A stretch of DNA of 64,000 bases. Origin: an uncultured Thermoproteales archaeon. GTDB taxonomy: Archaea > Thermoproteota > Thermoprotei > Thermofilales > B20-G17. The notes below the pieces were generated by a model. That model was not told the DNA's origin. It ran no database searches and was given only the letters and a program-made list of their open reading frames with translations. Shown here in pieces: positions 18,990-27,353 of this stretch (position 1 is its first letter; each line of letters starts with the position of its first letter). A program made the translations under genes and the position numbers. The stretch is taken from contig CBDUMD010000002.1 of assembly GCA_965368245.1 (NCBI GenBank), positions 54,772 through 118,771 of the forward strand. Reading direction: 5' to 3'.

Positions 18990-20165
18990 TTGTCGACTAA
19001 ACACGCCGTAAAAACGTTTCTCGAGAACACCTTACCCTTAGAATCGCTAAAGAAAGCACGTAGAGATTATCATGCCCGGAGACCTCCCCGCCCCTGCGGC
19101 CTAACAATTCACCCGGGTTTAGGGTGCCCGCTTGGATGCAGGTATTGTTATATAGATGACTTAGGATTCGATTTCAAGTCCGCAAAACCCTATGGACTAA
19201 CCGGCTTGGAAATAGTATATGCTCTTATATGCAACAGGTACTTTATTCCTGGAACCTCTGGAACACACCTTCCCTTTGGAAGTGTGACGGAACCTTTCCT
19301 ACCTATACTTGTAAGTAAGACCCTTGAATACATGAGTAATATAGGAAAACACCTTGGGAATCCTATACAATTTTCTACTAAAATGAGTATAAGCGAAGAA
19401 ATAGCTTTAAAACTGAGAGACATAGAGAGATATACTCCAATAAATCCTCTTGTAACGATAATTACCCCTAAAATAAATAAAACATTGGAACCAAATGCCC
19501 CCAGTATTCAGGATAGATATAAAACATTGAAAATACTGAGACAGAAAGGGCTAATACCCTTCGTCTTTCTAAGACCTCTACTTCCTTCTCTAACTTTAGA
19601 AGAAATAGAAGAAGTCCTAGTTGAAGCCAAAAAACACGGTGCAGTAGGGGTAGTGGTCGGAAGCCTAAAAATATCCAAGAAAATCTATGAGCGGCTCGTC
19701 ACAGCCAACTACAAGTTTAGCAGCAAAGTAGAAAAAATCTATGATAGGCTCAGAGGCAGGAAATTCATCACTATACCTCATCCATTAAAGAATAAGATCA
19801 TAGAAATTGCACGTGAAAAAGGCTTGGTCGCATTTAAGTCAGCTTGTTGCGCCAACACCTTCAATATTTTCATGTCTACTGGAAAAAGAATTCCATGTTA
19901 CAACCTCTGCTATATAGATGGAAGTTTCTGCTCAAATTGCCCCGTAAACTGCGTCGAGCATATTCCTCCCGTAGATGAAAAGGATATTGAATTTGCATTC
20001 AAGCACTCATTCGGCATTTCAGTTAAGAAAGTAATCGTCGAGGAAAAGGTTATAAAAGTTCTTGTGGGCTCAAAAAATGAGAGAAACAGGGTTCTGGCTA
20101 AAAGAAAGACATTAAAGATGCTTTCCTCCCTCTACAGGCATAAAATAACTTTAATATCACCTTGA
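18990..20165 (+). CDS. radical SAM protein (SplB/COG1533-like) with Cys-rich C-terminus
   Basis: CxxxCxxC in GLGCPLGCRYCYI. An extra Cys cluster, CCANTF...CYNLCYIDGSFCSNCPVNC, suggests an auxiliary Fe-S site. Confidence 0.7.
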   Translation: MSTKHAVKTFLENTLPLESLKKARRDYHARRPPRPCGLTIHPGLGCPLGCRYCYIDDLGFDFKSAKPYGLTGLEIVYALICNRYFIPGTSGTHLPFGSVTEPFLPILVSKTLEYMSNIGKHLGNPIQFSTKMSISEEIALKLRDIERYTPINPLVTIITPKINKTLEPNAPSIQDRYKTLKILRQKGLIPFVFLRPLLPSLTLEEIEEVLVEAKKHGAVGVVVGSLKISKKIYERLVTANYKFSSKVEKIYDRLRGRKFITIPHPLKNKIIEIAREKGLVAFKSACCANTFNIFMSTGKRIPCYNLCYIDGSFCSNCPVNCVEHIPPVDEKDIEFAFKHSFGISVKKVIVEEKVIKVLVGSKNERNRVLAKRKTLKMLSSLYRHKITLISP

Positions 20166-20206
20166 TGTAATTATATTAACGGATCACGTTTAGGAGGCTA
20201 TGTGTA

Positions 20207-20944
20207 GTGAGTAGAAATAACGTTTATGATGAGATAATTTCCGATATAGCTAAGAAAATAGCAGGAGACATAATTTTTTCAAGATCCATAGGTATGGCAC
20301 TTAAAAGATGGAGAGAAAGATTTAGGGTTACACAAGCTGAATTAGCCGAGGTTATCGGAGTTTCTCCTTCTGTTATAAGCGACTATGAAAGTGGTAGAAG
20401 AAGATCTCCTGGAGCGCATATAATAAAACGGTTTGTAAAAGGCCTTGTCGAAATAGACGTTAGACGAGGTAAACCCGTCATAACCATGCTTATGAGATCC
20501 TTTACAGAGGCTAAAAGCATACAGGAATGTATAATCGACATGCGGGAGTTTATCAAACCGGTGAAAGTCAAAGATTTCTGCAATCATATTGATGCTGAAC
20601 TACTTGTAGATGGAGAGTTTTCCGAAAACATCCTGTTAGGATACACGATTGTCGACAGCATCAAGGTCGCAGTCGAGGTACCAGCATACGCCTATATAAG
20701 GCTTTTCGGAGCCACCACCCAACGTGCAGCAATATTTACTAACGTAAAGTATGGTCGCAGCCCCCTGGTAGCTATTAAAGCGTTCCAGGCTGGCACCGGT
20801 CTAAGACCAGCATTAGTGGTTATACATGGTCCTGAGAAGGTGGATCTCTTAGGGCTACTTATAGCTAGACGCGAGAGAATCCCTATAGCTCTTACCAGAA
20901 TAAAGAATTTAGAGGATCTCGTTAAACATTTAAGAAGAATATAG
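20207..20944 (+). CDS. XRE-type HTH transcriptional regulator with C-terminal domain
   Basis: HTH RVTQAELAEVIGVSPSVISDYESGRR followed by a roughly 170-aa uncharacterised domain. Confidence 0.7.
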   Translation: MSRNNVYDEIISDIAKKIAGDIIFSRSIGMALKRWRERFRVTQAELAEVIGVSPSVISDYESGRRRSPGAHIIKRFVKGLVEIDVRRGKPVITMLMRSFTEAKSIQECIIDMREFIKPVKVKDFCNHIDAELLVDGEFSENILLGYTIVDSIKVAVEVPAYAYIRLFGATTQRAAIFTNVKYGRSPLVAIKAFQAGTGLRPALVVIHGPEKVDLLGLLIARRERIPIALTRIKNLEDLVKHLRRI

Positions 20945-20984
20945 TTTCCTTTTTATTTCCGAAGAGATGAGCTTTAGTGTGAAG

Positions 20985-21425
20985 CTACTCTACCTTTATA
21001 CGGATACCTCTATGTTTCTTTGGAATCCTTATTTCAAGAACCCCCGACTTGAACTTTGCCCTTATTTCACTAATATCTACATCTTCAGGCAAATTGAATA
21101 CTTTACGATACTTCTTGGCTGTACAGGCCTTGAAAAAGGGGTTTTCCAGGCCAAATGAGTATCTTTCGCATAGCTCCGCTTCAACTATTAAGTTACCGTC
21201 CTCAACCCGTACACTTATATCTTCTTTGCGCTTAACTAGAGGCAGATCGAGTGTTATTATTATTTCAGATGGCGTTTCATAGGAGTAGGTTAAAGGCTCT
21301 ACGATGCCTTCTCTACTTTCCAGGGGAAAGATCTCCATGAATTCCTTTTCAACGTCCTCTACTATACGCCGCATTTCCTCTCTTATCCGTTTCAGTACCT
21401 CAAAGAAGTCCTCCATAGCCATCAC
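20985..21425 (-). CDS. hsp20: small heat-shock protein (Hsp20/alpha-crystallin)
   Basis: ITLDLPLVKRKEDISVRVEDGNLIVEAE ... FNLPEDVDISEIRAKFKSGVLEIRIPKK. Confidence 0.85.
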   Translation of the reverse strand: MMAMEDFFEVLKRIREEMRRIVEDVEKEFMEIFPLESREGIVEPLTYSYETPSEIIITLDLPLVKRKEDISVRVEDGNLIVEAELCERYSFGLENPFFKACTAKKYRKVFNLPEDVDISEIRAKFKSGVLEIRIPKKHRGIRIKVE

Positions 21426-22198
21426 CTATATAAGGGAGGTAAGGCACGTTCATATCTTTTTTGCGCTGAACGAAGAGTCTCGATAGTACGTTTCATGAGT
21501 TCCCTGAGTTTTAGTCTAAGCTCCTCCGCCTGGTCGATAAGAGGCTTCACGTCTATCTTGAAATCAAAGATTTTCGAGAACGTTTCTAGAACAGCGGCTG
21601 CAGCGCCGGGATCCGGATAATTTGCATAGCTTTCTCCAAGTAGAATTATTCCCCGCTGTGTCTCTTTAATACATTCCTTGACTATCTGTGCATAGGCACC
21701 GGCAAGAAAACCTTCATCCAAAAGCTTTACCCCCTTTGCTTCTAGAAATTTCCTGTCATCCTCTGTTATGCCAAGACCATAGACGGAGGGTTTCTCTAGG
21801 TCTATTCTATTGGGTACAGCTATCCCTCCTAAAAGTACAGAGGTATCGGCATCGATTTCCTTCATGAATGAAATTAAGGTCTTAGCCAGCGGGGTCATAA
21901 GGTCTACAGGTATCGCTATCTCAGAGAATATAGCTACGAAACGACCCTTATTCATGATTCTTATGGGAAAACGTGGAATATTCTTGTGGAAGGGTAGAAC
22001 TGGAGGTAACTGAGGGGAATCTATGAACCCTATTTCCTCCATACCACTTTTCTCCGTCAAGTATGTTACGGCAATTGTACCAACTAATCCAGTATCTGGT
22101 AAACCAACCACCACTACTGGTTTCTCGCCCCTAATGCGGAAACCATGTTTAACTTCAGGTAAAACAGTTATCTCAACAACTGGCTTGTTTACTCCCAA
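21422..22198 (-). CDS. PAC2-family (proteasome assembly chaperone-like) protein
   Basis: N-terminal PVVVVGLPDTGLVGTIAVTYL is typical of the PAC2/COG1938 family. The ORF overlaps hsp20 by 4 nt. Confidence 0.6.
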   Translation of the reverse strand: MGVNKPVVEITVLPEVKHGFRIRGEKPVVVVGLPDTGLVGTIAVTYLTEKSGMEEIGFIDSPQLPPVLPFHKNIPRFPIRIMNKGRFVAIFSEIAIPVDLMTPLAKTLISFMKEIDADTSVLLGGIAVPNRIDLEKPSVYGLGITEDDRKFLEAKGVKLLDEGFLAGAYAQIVKECIKETQRGIILLGESYANYPDPGAAAAVLETFSKIFDFKIDVKPLIDQAEELRLKLRELMKRTIETLRSAQKRYERALPPLYR

Positions 22199-22306
22199 AG
22201 TCTACGCCTCAATCAAATTAAAACGAATAGTTATTTAAGATTTACATACATGTATCTGAACGGGATTTCCAAGGGAAATGTTTAACTTCAGTTAATGAAA
22301 AATATT

Positions 22307-23071
22307 CTAGTCTATAGTTTTTCCTAGAAGGAGTATAGTGTCTTTTCTTATGTAAATTAGGCCTGGGGAACTTTTACGCCAATACCTTTTCCATGAACCC
22401 GTGTTTGCTATCCGATCAGTATATGATATTAGTTTTCTGTGAGTGTGCCCCGAGATAAGCCATTCTTCGACGGGGATTCCTGCAAGCAATTTCAAGAGTT
22501 TTTCGTAAACTCCCTTTTTACCAGTAATCTTTTCCAAAAAGTATGATAAAATAAACGCTATGGCCCCGTTACCGCAGAGATAGTCTCCATGTGTTACGTG
22601 AATTCTGAGTTTACCTATTTTTAATACAACACCATGCCTAGCCACTATTAATTTCAAATGGTTATCGATAGGCACGCTTATACACTGTAGTGGAAATCGA
22701 GGGTCATGCGACGAAGAACTAGGAGTAAACACTACTGTGGAGACATCCGAACCCTGAACCAATTTAAAAATAGCATCTTTAACTATGTCAAACTTTCCTT
22801 CATCTAGGGGTTTATCAACTAGATCGCCAGCTATAACGAGTACTTCTGGTTTAATCGCTTGAAGCACTTTCCTTACAATAGGGTATAGGCTTTTAGAGTA
22901 GCCTACATGTAGATCCGAGATTATTAATGCTTTCTTATACTCCCCAATATAATATTCCATATATCTTTCTTTCAGAAATCTAAAGGTTTCGAAAGCCGTT
23001 TTCAGTGTATAGAATATAATATATACCAGTGGAAATGCTATTAAAGTAGCTGATATGGGTTCAATTGACAT
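22307..23071 (-). CDS. membrane-anchored metallophosphoesterase
   Basis: N-terminal TM helix, then the calcineurin-like motifs ISDLHVG, VIAGDLVD, HVTHGD and GHTH. The start abuts the stop of the upstream gene. Confidence 0.75.
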   Translation of the reverse strand: MSIEPISATLIAFPLVYIIFYTLKTAFETFRFLKERYMEYYIGEYKKALIISDLHVGYSKSLYPIVRKVLQAIKPEVLVIAGDLVDKPLDEGKFDIVKDAIFKLVQGSDVSTVVFTPSSSSHDPRFPLQCISVPIDNHLKLIVARHGVVLKIGKLRIHVTHGDYLCGNGAIAFILSYFLEKITGKKGVYEKLLKLLAGIPVEEWLISGHTHRKLISYTDRIANTGSWKRYWRKSSPGLIYIRKDTILLLGKTID

Positions 23072-23776
23072 CTATTTTTTTACAACTAGTTGCTTTAATT
23101 TTCTTTCGTAAAGGAATCTCCTAATCTCGTATACCGATATCGCTACAATAAATACAACCGCCACCAGCAATAGAATTAGGCCTACAAGTCTAGAGAGATC
23201 AATAGGCACCCCGGCTATAATAAATAGGAAGGGCATTTGAACAACCACTGGAGTCTCGCTTCCACCCTTTATCGTCACGTCGACTACTTCAATATACCCC
23301 GAGTAGGATACCTTTATTTGATAGCTTCCCTCCGGGAGCTCCAATTCGATGACACCGTTCTCGCCGACCGTGTATTCTCCGCTACCCTTAGAGCCTTTAA
23401 CATTTACCGAGACGTAGGGAACCAGAGACCCCCATAGGGTGGTCACATGGATGACCAGCTTGCCTATACTCCAGCAGGTAACCGTAAGATTGTAGATGGA
23501 GACACGGGCACTATAGTTAACTAAAAAGCCTCTCCACGACACTATCTCGAGGTCAACTATCCCTAAGGGCACCTCGCTAACACCTATATATCCATTTTCG
23601 TCTAGAGTGCCTTTAATGAGCGTACCATCCAGTTTCCTAACATGAACCTCAGCATAGCTCATTGGAGTACCGAAGGGAGTTACAACCCTAATCGGATCAC
23701 CTAAGACAAATACAGGAGTTAATATCATGTATATTGTTATAAAAATAAATAGTATTAACGTAGAAATTTTTCCCAA
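23072..23776 (-). CDS. membrane-anchored protein homologous to the C-terminal module of the large surface glycoprotein
   Basis: Signal/TM at the N-terminus. VVTPFGTPMSYAEVHV...GTLDENGYIGVSEVPLGIVDLEIVSWRGFLV...IGKLVIHVT...EGSYQIKV...TM-RR aligns by eye with the surface protein's VVSPFGTPLANAEVSA...FTLDAEGKGVIKEVPLGKAVIKSVTWKGVNV...IGKLTIKVT...AGDYTVNG...TM-YR. Confidence 0.6.
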   Translation of the reverse strand: MGKISTLILFIFITIYMILTPVFVLGDPIRVVTPFGTPMSYAEVHVRKLDGTLIKGTLDENGYIGVSEVPLGIVDLEIVSWRGFLVNYSARVSIYNLTVTCWSIGKLVIHVTTLWGSLVPYVSVNVKGSKGSGEYTVGENGVIELELPEGSYQIKVSYSGYIEVVDVTIKGGSETPVVVQMPFLFIIAGVPIDLSRLVGLILLLVAVVFIVAISVYEIRRFLYERKLKQLVVKK

Positions 23777-23896
23777 GATTCAACACCCTCCTTAAATAAA
23801 TTAATCCATGTTCATTATTTAAGAATTAAGCTATATCTATTTCACTGATTCTCTAAAACCAGTATATATTTTCCAGAAAATAAAGTGACGAATCAC

Positions 23897-24355
23897 TTAC
23901 GTCTTAAAAAGATAGGTTGTGAACAACAGGATGAAAATGTAATGTAGAGAGGTTACCAGGTATACTAAAACCAGATAAAGTGTTTCCATGCTGAATATTT
24001 CCGAGATATCTAGACCCATATATATTATGTAGGGTATTGCCACTACTATGTTTAAAATAGTTTTCTTTATAAATTTAGTAAGAATATTGTGTTTTTCCTC
24101 GCGGAAAAATGTTTTTACTTCTTTATACGCATATGCAAATGAGGTGAACGTAAAAATAAACCATGTAAAGAGACCACCCATATATGGTAAGGTTTCTTCA
24201 ATTGCTACATAGCCTAGAATAATCTTTATCCAGTAGAAATACTGTGAAACAAGATACACAGCATATACAAGTGTTGCTACTGCCATAAAAGCATATATTA
24301 TTCTAAGAAACTTTGCAAGCTTTCCCACTAGTCCTCCCTTTTCATTTGTTTTCAT
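23897..24355 (-). CDS. integral membrane protein (about 4 TM helices)
   Basis: 152-aa hydrophobic ORF. No motif recognised. Confidence 0.45.
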   Translation of the reverse strand: MKTNEKGGLVGKLAKFLRIIYAFMAVATLVYAVYLVSQYFYWIKIILGYVAIEETLPYMGGLFTWFIFTFTSFAYAYKEVKTFFREEKHNILTKFIKKTILNIVVAIPYIIYMGLDISEIFSMETLYLVLVYLVTSLHYIFILLFTTYLFKT

Positions 24356-24391
24356 GTTTCTACTGTTTACCGTAACGTTTATATATATTTT

Positions 24392-25618
24392 TTGTTTATA
24401 TATTTTTTGGGGGTTGTTTTGAGGGTTAGGGTTGTTATCTTCCTAGCATTTATCTTGATGCTTCTGGTTGCTGGCTACATGATCCTCGTCTTCGCCTTGC
24501 CCAAGGAAGCCTACATCGTGGTCAAGGTTTACAGGGAGGGTGTTTTGAAGCCTGGGGCCGTCTACCTCAGGGCCCTATACCCCCAAGGCTTCAAGTTTAT
24601 TGGGGGAGGATACGCCAAAAACGGTGTATACAGGTTCAAGATAAATGTGGGGGAGCTTGCTTCTGCTTGGGCTGGGGATAGGAGGGGGACTATACCAACG
24701 TTCCTAATAACAGTTTTCACCGAAGACGGTTACGCGGAAACAAAGGCAGTAAACATCGAGTGGATTAAACTTACACCACTAAGCGTAAACACGTTCACAC
24801 TAGAACCAAAAAACAAGAGGAAAAGATTTCTAAGAATACAGGAGGGTGCGTCATGCCAGTCCATGACATGCCCGGAAACATATGGATGCGACTACTGTGC
24901 AGTAATGGTAGACACCTTCGAATACTCTGGAAGAGTACTACTAATGAAAGCGGTGACAAATGAAAATAGCTCTGCGGACATGAGCTACTCCTACCACGTG
25001 GATAAAAAGGCTGGCTTCAGCATAGCCGTAACATTCTTCAGTACAGAGGTCTGGGAGATAGCGGGATACACATGGTACTCTAGGAGTGGGGGTGGGTCGG
25101 CTGCAGACACCCCCGGCAGGGGTGAAACAGGATACATATCAATGGTCATGTACTTGAGGTACGAGAAATGGTGCTTCTACAGCAACTTCCAGCTGGAGGA
25201 CGAGGAGGTGGTGATATATGCCGTAGACTTCGACCCAAACACACTAACAAACAAGCCAGGATACCAGGTCCCAGTAAACCAATGGACAAACCTAGGAACA
25301 TACACATCCACGGATCCCCTTAAGCCTATCTACGTTGAAACTGAGGGTGAACTAGGCTCGGGGAGGATAGCCGTAGACATAAAATGGTTCATAAACAAGT
25401 TAATAAGCCTAGCCAAACTACCAGCATGGGCACAGGCAGCAGCAAACTTCGCAAGCCTATTCCTAGCAATAAAAATAATATACCAAAACGTATACGCATT
25501 CAGCTACAGCATATTCATACATGGGGATGCCGGAACAACACACACCATCCAAAGAGCAACACACCACTTCCCCAACCTAAACACACCAGCACTATACTAC
25601 AAAACAACAAAAGTCTAA
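24392..25618 (+). CDS. orphan exported/membrane protein
   Basis: 408-aa ORF with an N-terminal anchor (RVRVVIFLAFILMLLVAGYMILVFAL), a Cys cluster (CQSMTCPETYGCDYC) and a hydrophobic C-terminal segment. The real start is probably downstream (TTG at 24419), because 24376-24407 is a tandem TATA/T-tract region. Codon usage resembles the surface-protein gene, not its neighbours. Confidence 0.5.
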   Translation: MFIYFLGVVLRVRVVIFLAFILMLLVAGYMILVFALPKEAYIVVKVYREGVLKPGAVYLRALYPQGFKFIGGGYAKNGVYRFKINVGELASAWAGDRRGTIPTFLITVFTEDGYAETKAVNIEWIKLTPLSVNTFTLEPKNKRKRFLRIQEGASCQSMTCPETYGCDYCAVMVDTFEYSGRVLLMKAVTNENSSADMSYSYHVDKKAGFSIAVTFFSTEVWEIAGYTWYSRSGGGSAADTPGRGETGYISMVMYLRYEKWCFYSNFQLEDEEVVIYAVDFDPNTLTNKPGYQVPVNQWTNLGTYTSTDPLKPIYVETEGELGSGRIAVDIKWFINKLISLAKLPAWAQAAANFASLFLAIKIIYQNVYAFSYSIFIHGDAGTTHTIQRATHHFPNLNTPALYYKTTKV

Positions 25619-25766
25619 ACCCTAAACCATTTCAAATTAAATAAAGAGAAAACATTATTCCAGCAGGAACCATATCATTGTATTATTCTTTCTTAACGTT
25701 TACATAGTTCATCAAGGTCAAATAATAAAAACGTTTTTCGCTATGATTTAAGCGGTGTGAAGAAGA

Positions 25767-26966
25767 GTGGTCTTTCTGGCTGATAGAATCCATAAATTAA
25801 GCTACGCTATAAGGGAGTTTGTACCCTTAGCTAGGAGCCTTGAGGAGAAGGGGGAGCGTGTCCTTTACCTCAATATAGGAGATCCCTTGAAATACGATTT
25901 TGATACACCCAGTCACATTAAGAAGGCGCTGTGTGAAGCGGCAACCGAGGGATATAATTACTATACTTTTTCTGAGGGGGATCCGGAGCTTAGGGAGGCT
26001 ATAGCCTTGAAGGAGCGGAAGTGGCATGGGGTCGACGTTAAAGCGCGGAATGTTATAGTTACCCATGGGGTTTCTGAGGCAATAAATTTTGTCTGTTCGG
26101 TTCTGCTAAACCGGGGCGAAAAAGCTCTAATACCTACACCAACCTATCCCCTATACCAAACCTATATTCTAATGTTCGGCGGTAAACCGGTAAGTTACCG
26201 GTGTCTAGAGGAAAATGGATGGCAGCCTGATATCGAGGATATTGAAAAGAAGATTGATGAGAAGACAAAGTTTATTGTTGTAATAAACCCAAACAACCCT
26301 ACTGGGGCCCTCTACGAAGAAAAGACTCTAAAGAAAATCCTAGATATAGCGGCGGAGCATTCACTTGTAGTAGTGTCGGATGAAATCTACGATGGGATAG
26401 TCTTTGAAGGAGAGTTTAAGAGCCTTGCTAAAGTATCGAAGGATGTTCCTGTCATAGTGCTAAACGGTTTCTCGAAAACCTTTCTCATGACGGGTTGGAG
26501 GCTAGGGTATCTTTACGTGTACGACCCGACGGAACGGGTTGAAGAAACCTTAATGGAAGCATTCATAAAAGTTGCCAGATGTAGGTTATGTGTCACAACG
26601 CCTATCCAGAGGGCGGGGGTGGCTGCATTAAAGGGGTCGCTGCAGCATTTGGAGGAGATGAAGAAAAAACTGTTGAAACGGAGAGATTTCATTTATAAAA
26701 GGGTTAATGAAATTGAGGGTCTCGAGGCAGTTAAACCGAAAGCGGCGTTCTATATTTTTCCTAAAATATCTGAACGCGTTGGGATCAAGGATGACAGAGA
26801 GTTCGTGAAAAAACTTCTATTGGAGGAAAAAGTTTTGGTGGTACATGGCTCTGGTTTTGGGGACGGATGTAAAGGCCACTTTAGGGCTGTCTTCCTTCCC
26901 CCTGAAGAAGTACTTGAAGAGGCTTTTGAAAGAATAGAACGTTTCCTAAAGCGTCAGATGAAATAA
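25767..26966 (+). CDS. class I/II pyridoxal-phosphate aminotransferase (alanine/aspartate type)
   Basis: 399 aa with NPNNPTG and the PLP-lysine motif GFSKTFLMTGWRLGY. Confidence 0.9.
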   Translation: MVFLADRIHKLSYAIREFVPLARSLEEKGERVLYLNIGDPLKYDFDTPSHIKKALCEAATEGYNYYTFSEGDPELREAIALKERKWHGVDVKARNVIVTHGVSEAINFVCSVLLNRGEKALIPTPTYPLYQTYILMFGGKPVSYRCLEENGWQPDIEDIEKKIDEKTKFIVVINPNNPTGALYEEKTLKKILDIAAEHSLVVVSDEIYDGIVFEGEFKSLAKVSKDVPVIVLNGFSKTFLMTGWRLGYLYVYDPTERVEETLMEAFIKVARCRLCVTTPIQRAGVAALKGSLQHLEEMKKKLLKRRDFIYKRVNEIEGLEAVKPKAAFYIFPKISERVGIKDDREFVKKLLLEEKVLVVHGSGFGDGCKGHFRAVFLPPEEVLEEAFERIERFLKRQMK

Positions 26967-26993
26967 ATCTATAAACTTTGAAAATCTGTGTAG

Positions 26994-27308
26994 CTATTTT
27001 TCGAATCCGAGAAGTTTCCTTGCTTTAGGGCTCATTCTTTCAGGGGTCCATGGAGGATCCCATACTATTTCCACCTGAACGCCCTTCACTTCCCTAATCT
27101 TCTCTTTAACAATATTCTTGATGTAATCGACTATCAGTCCAGCTAAGGGACAGCCTGGTGCAGTAAGGGTCATTTTAATGTAAACAACATTGTTTTCTAT
27201 CTTTACATCGTATATTAATCCTAAGTCAACTATATTTACCACCGGTATTTCAGGGTCGTATACTTCACGTAGAACGTTAATAACATCTTCTTTAGTTATG
27301 TTGCTCAT
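26994..27308 (-). CDS. DUF59/MIP18-family Fe-S assembly protein (SufT-like)
   Basis: VYDPEIPVVNIVDLGLIYDV...TLTAPGCPLAG. Confidence 0.8.
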   Translation of the reverse strand: MSNITKEDVINVLREVYDPEIPVVNIVDLGLIYDVKIENNVVYIKMTLTAPGCPLAGLIVDYIKNIVKEKIREVKGVQVEIVWDPPWTPERMSPKARKLLGFEK

Positions 27309-27353
27309 ATTCCATTACCTATACCCGCGTCATAGCAAGTTGATATTTAAACT

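Noticed and set aside
25384-25644. 86-aa ORF overlapping the 3' end of the 408-aa gene
   Set aside because: It is an artefact of the G-poor CA-rich tract. The product is a Pro/Lys/Asn/His-rich low-complexity string.
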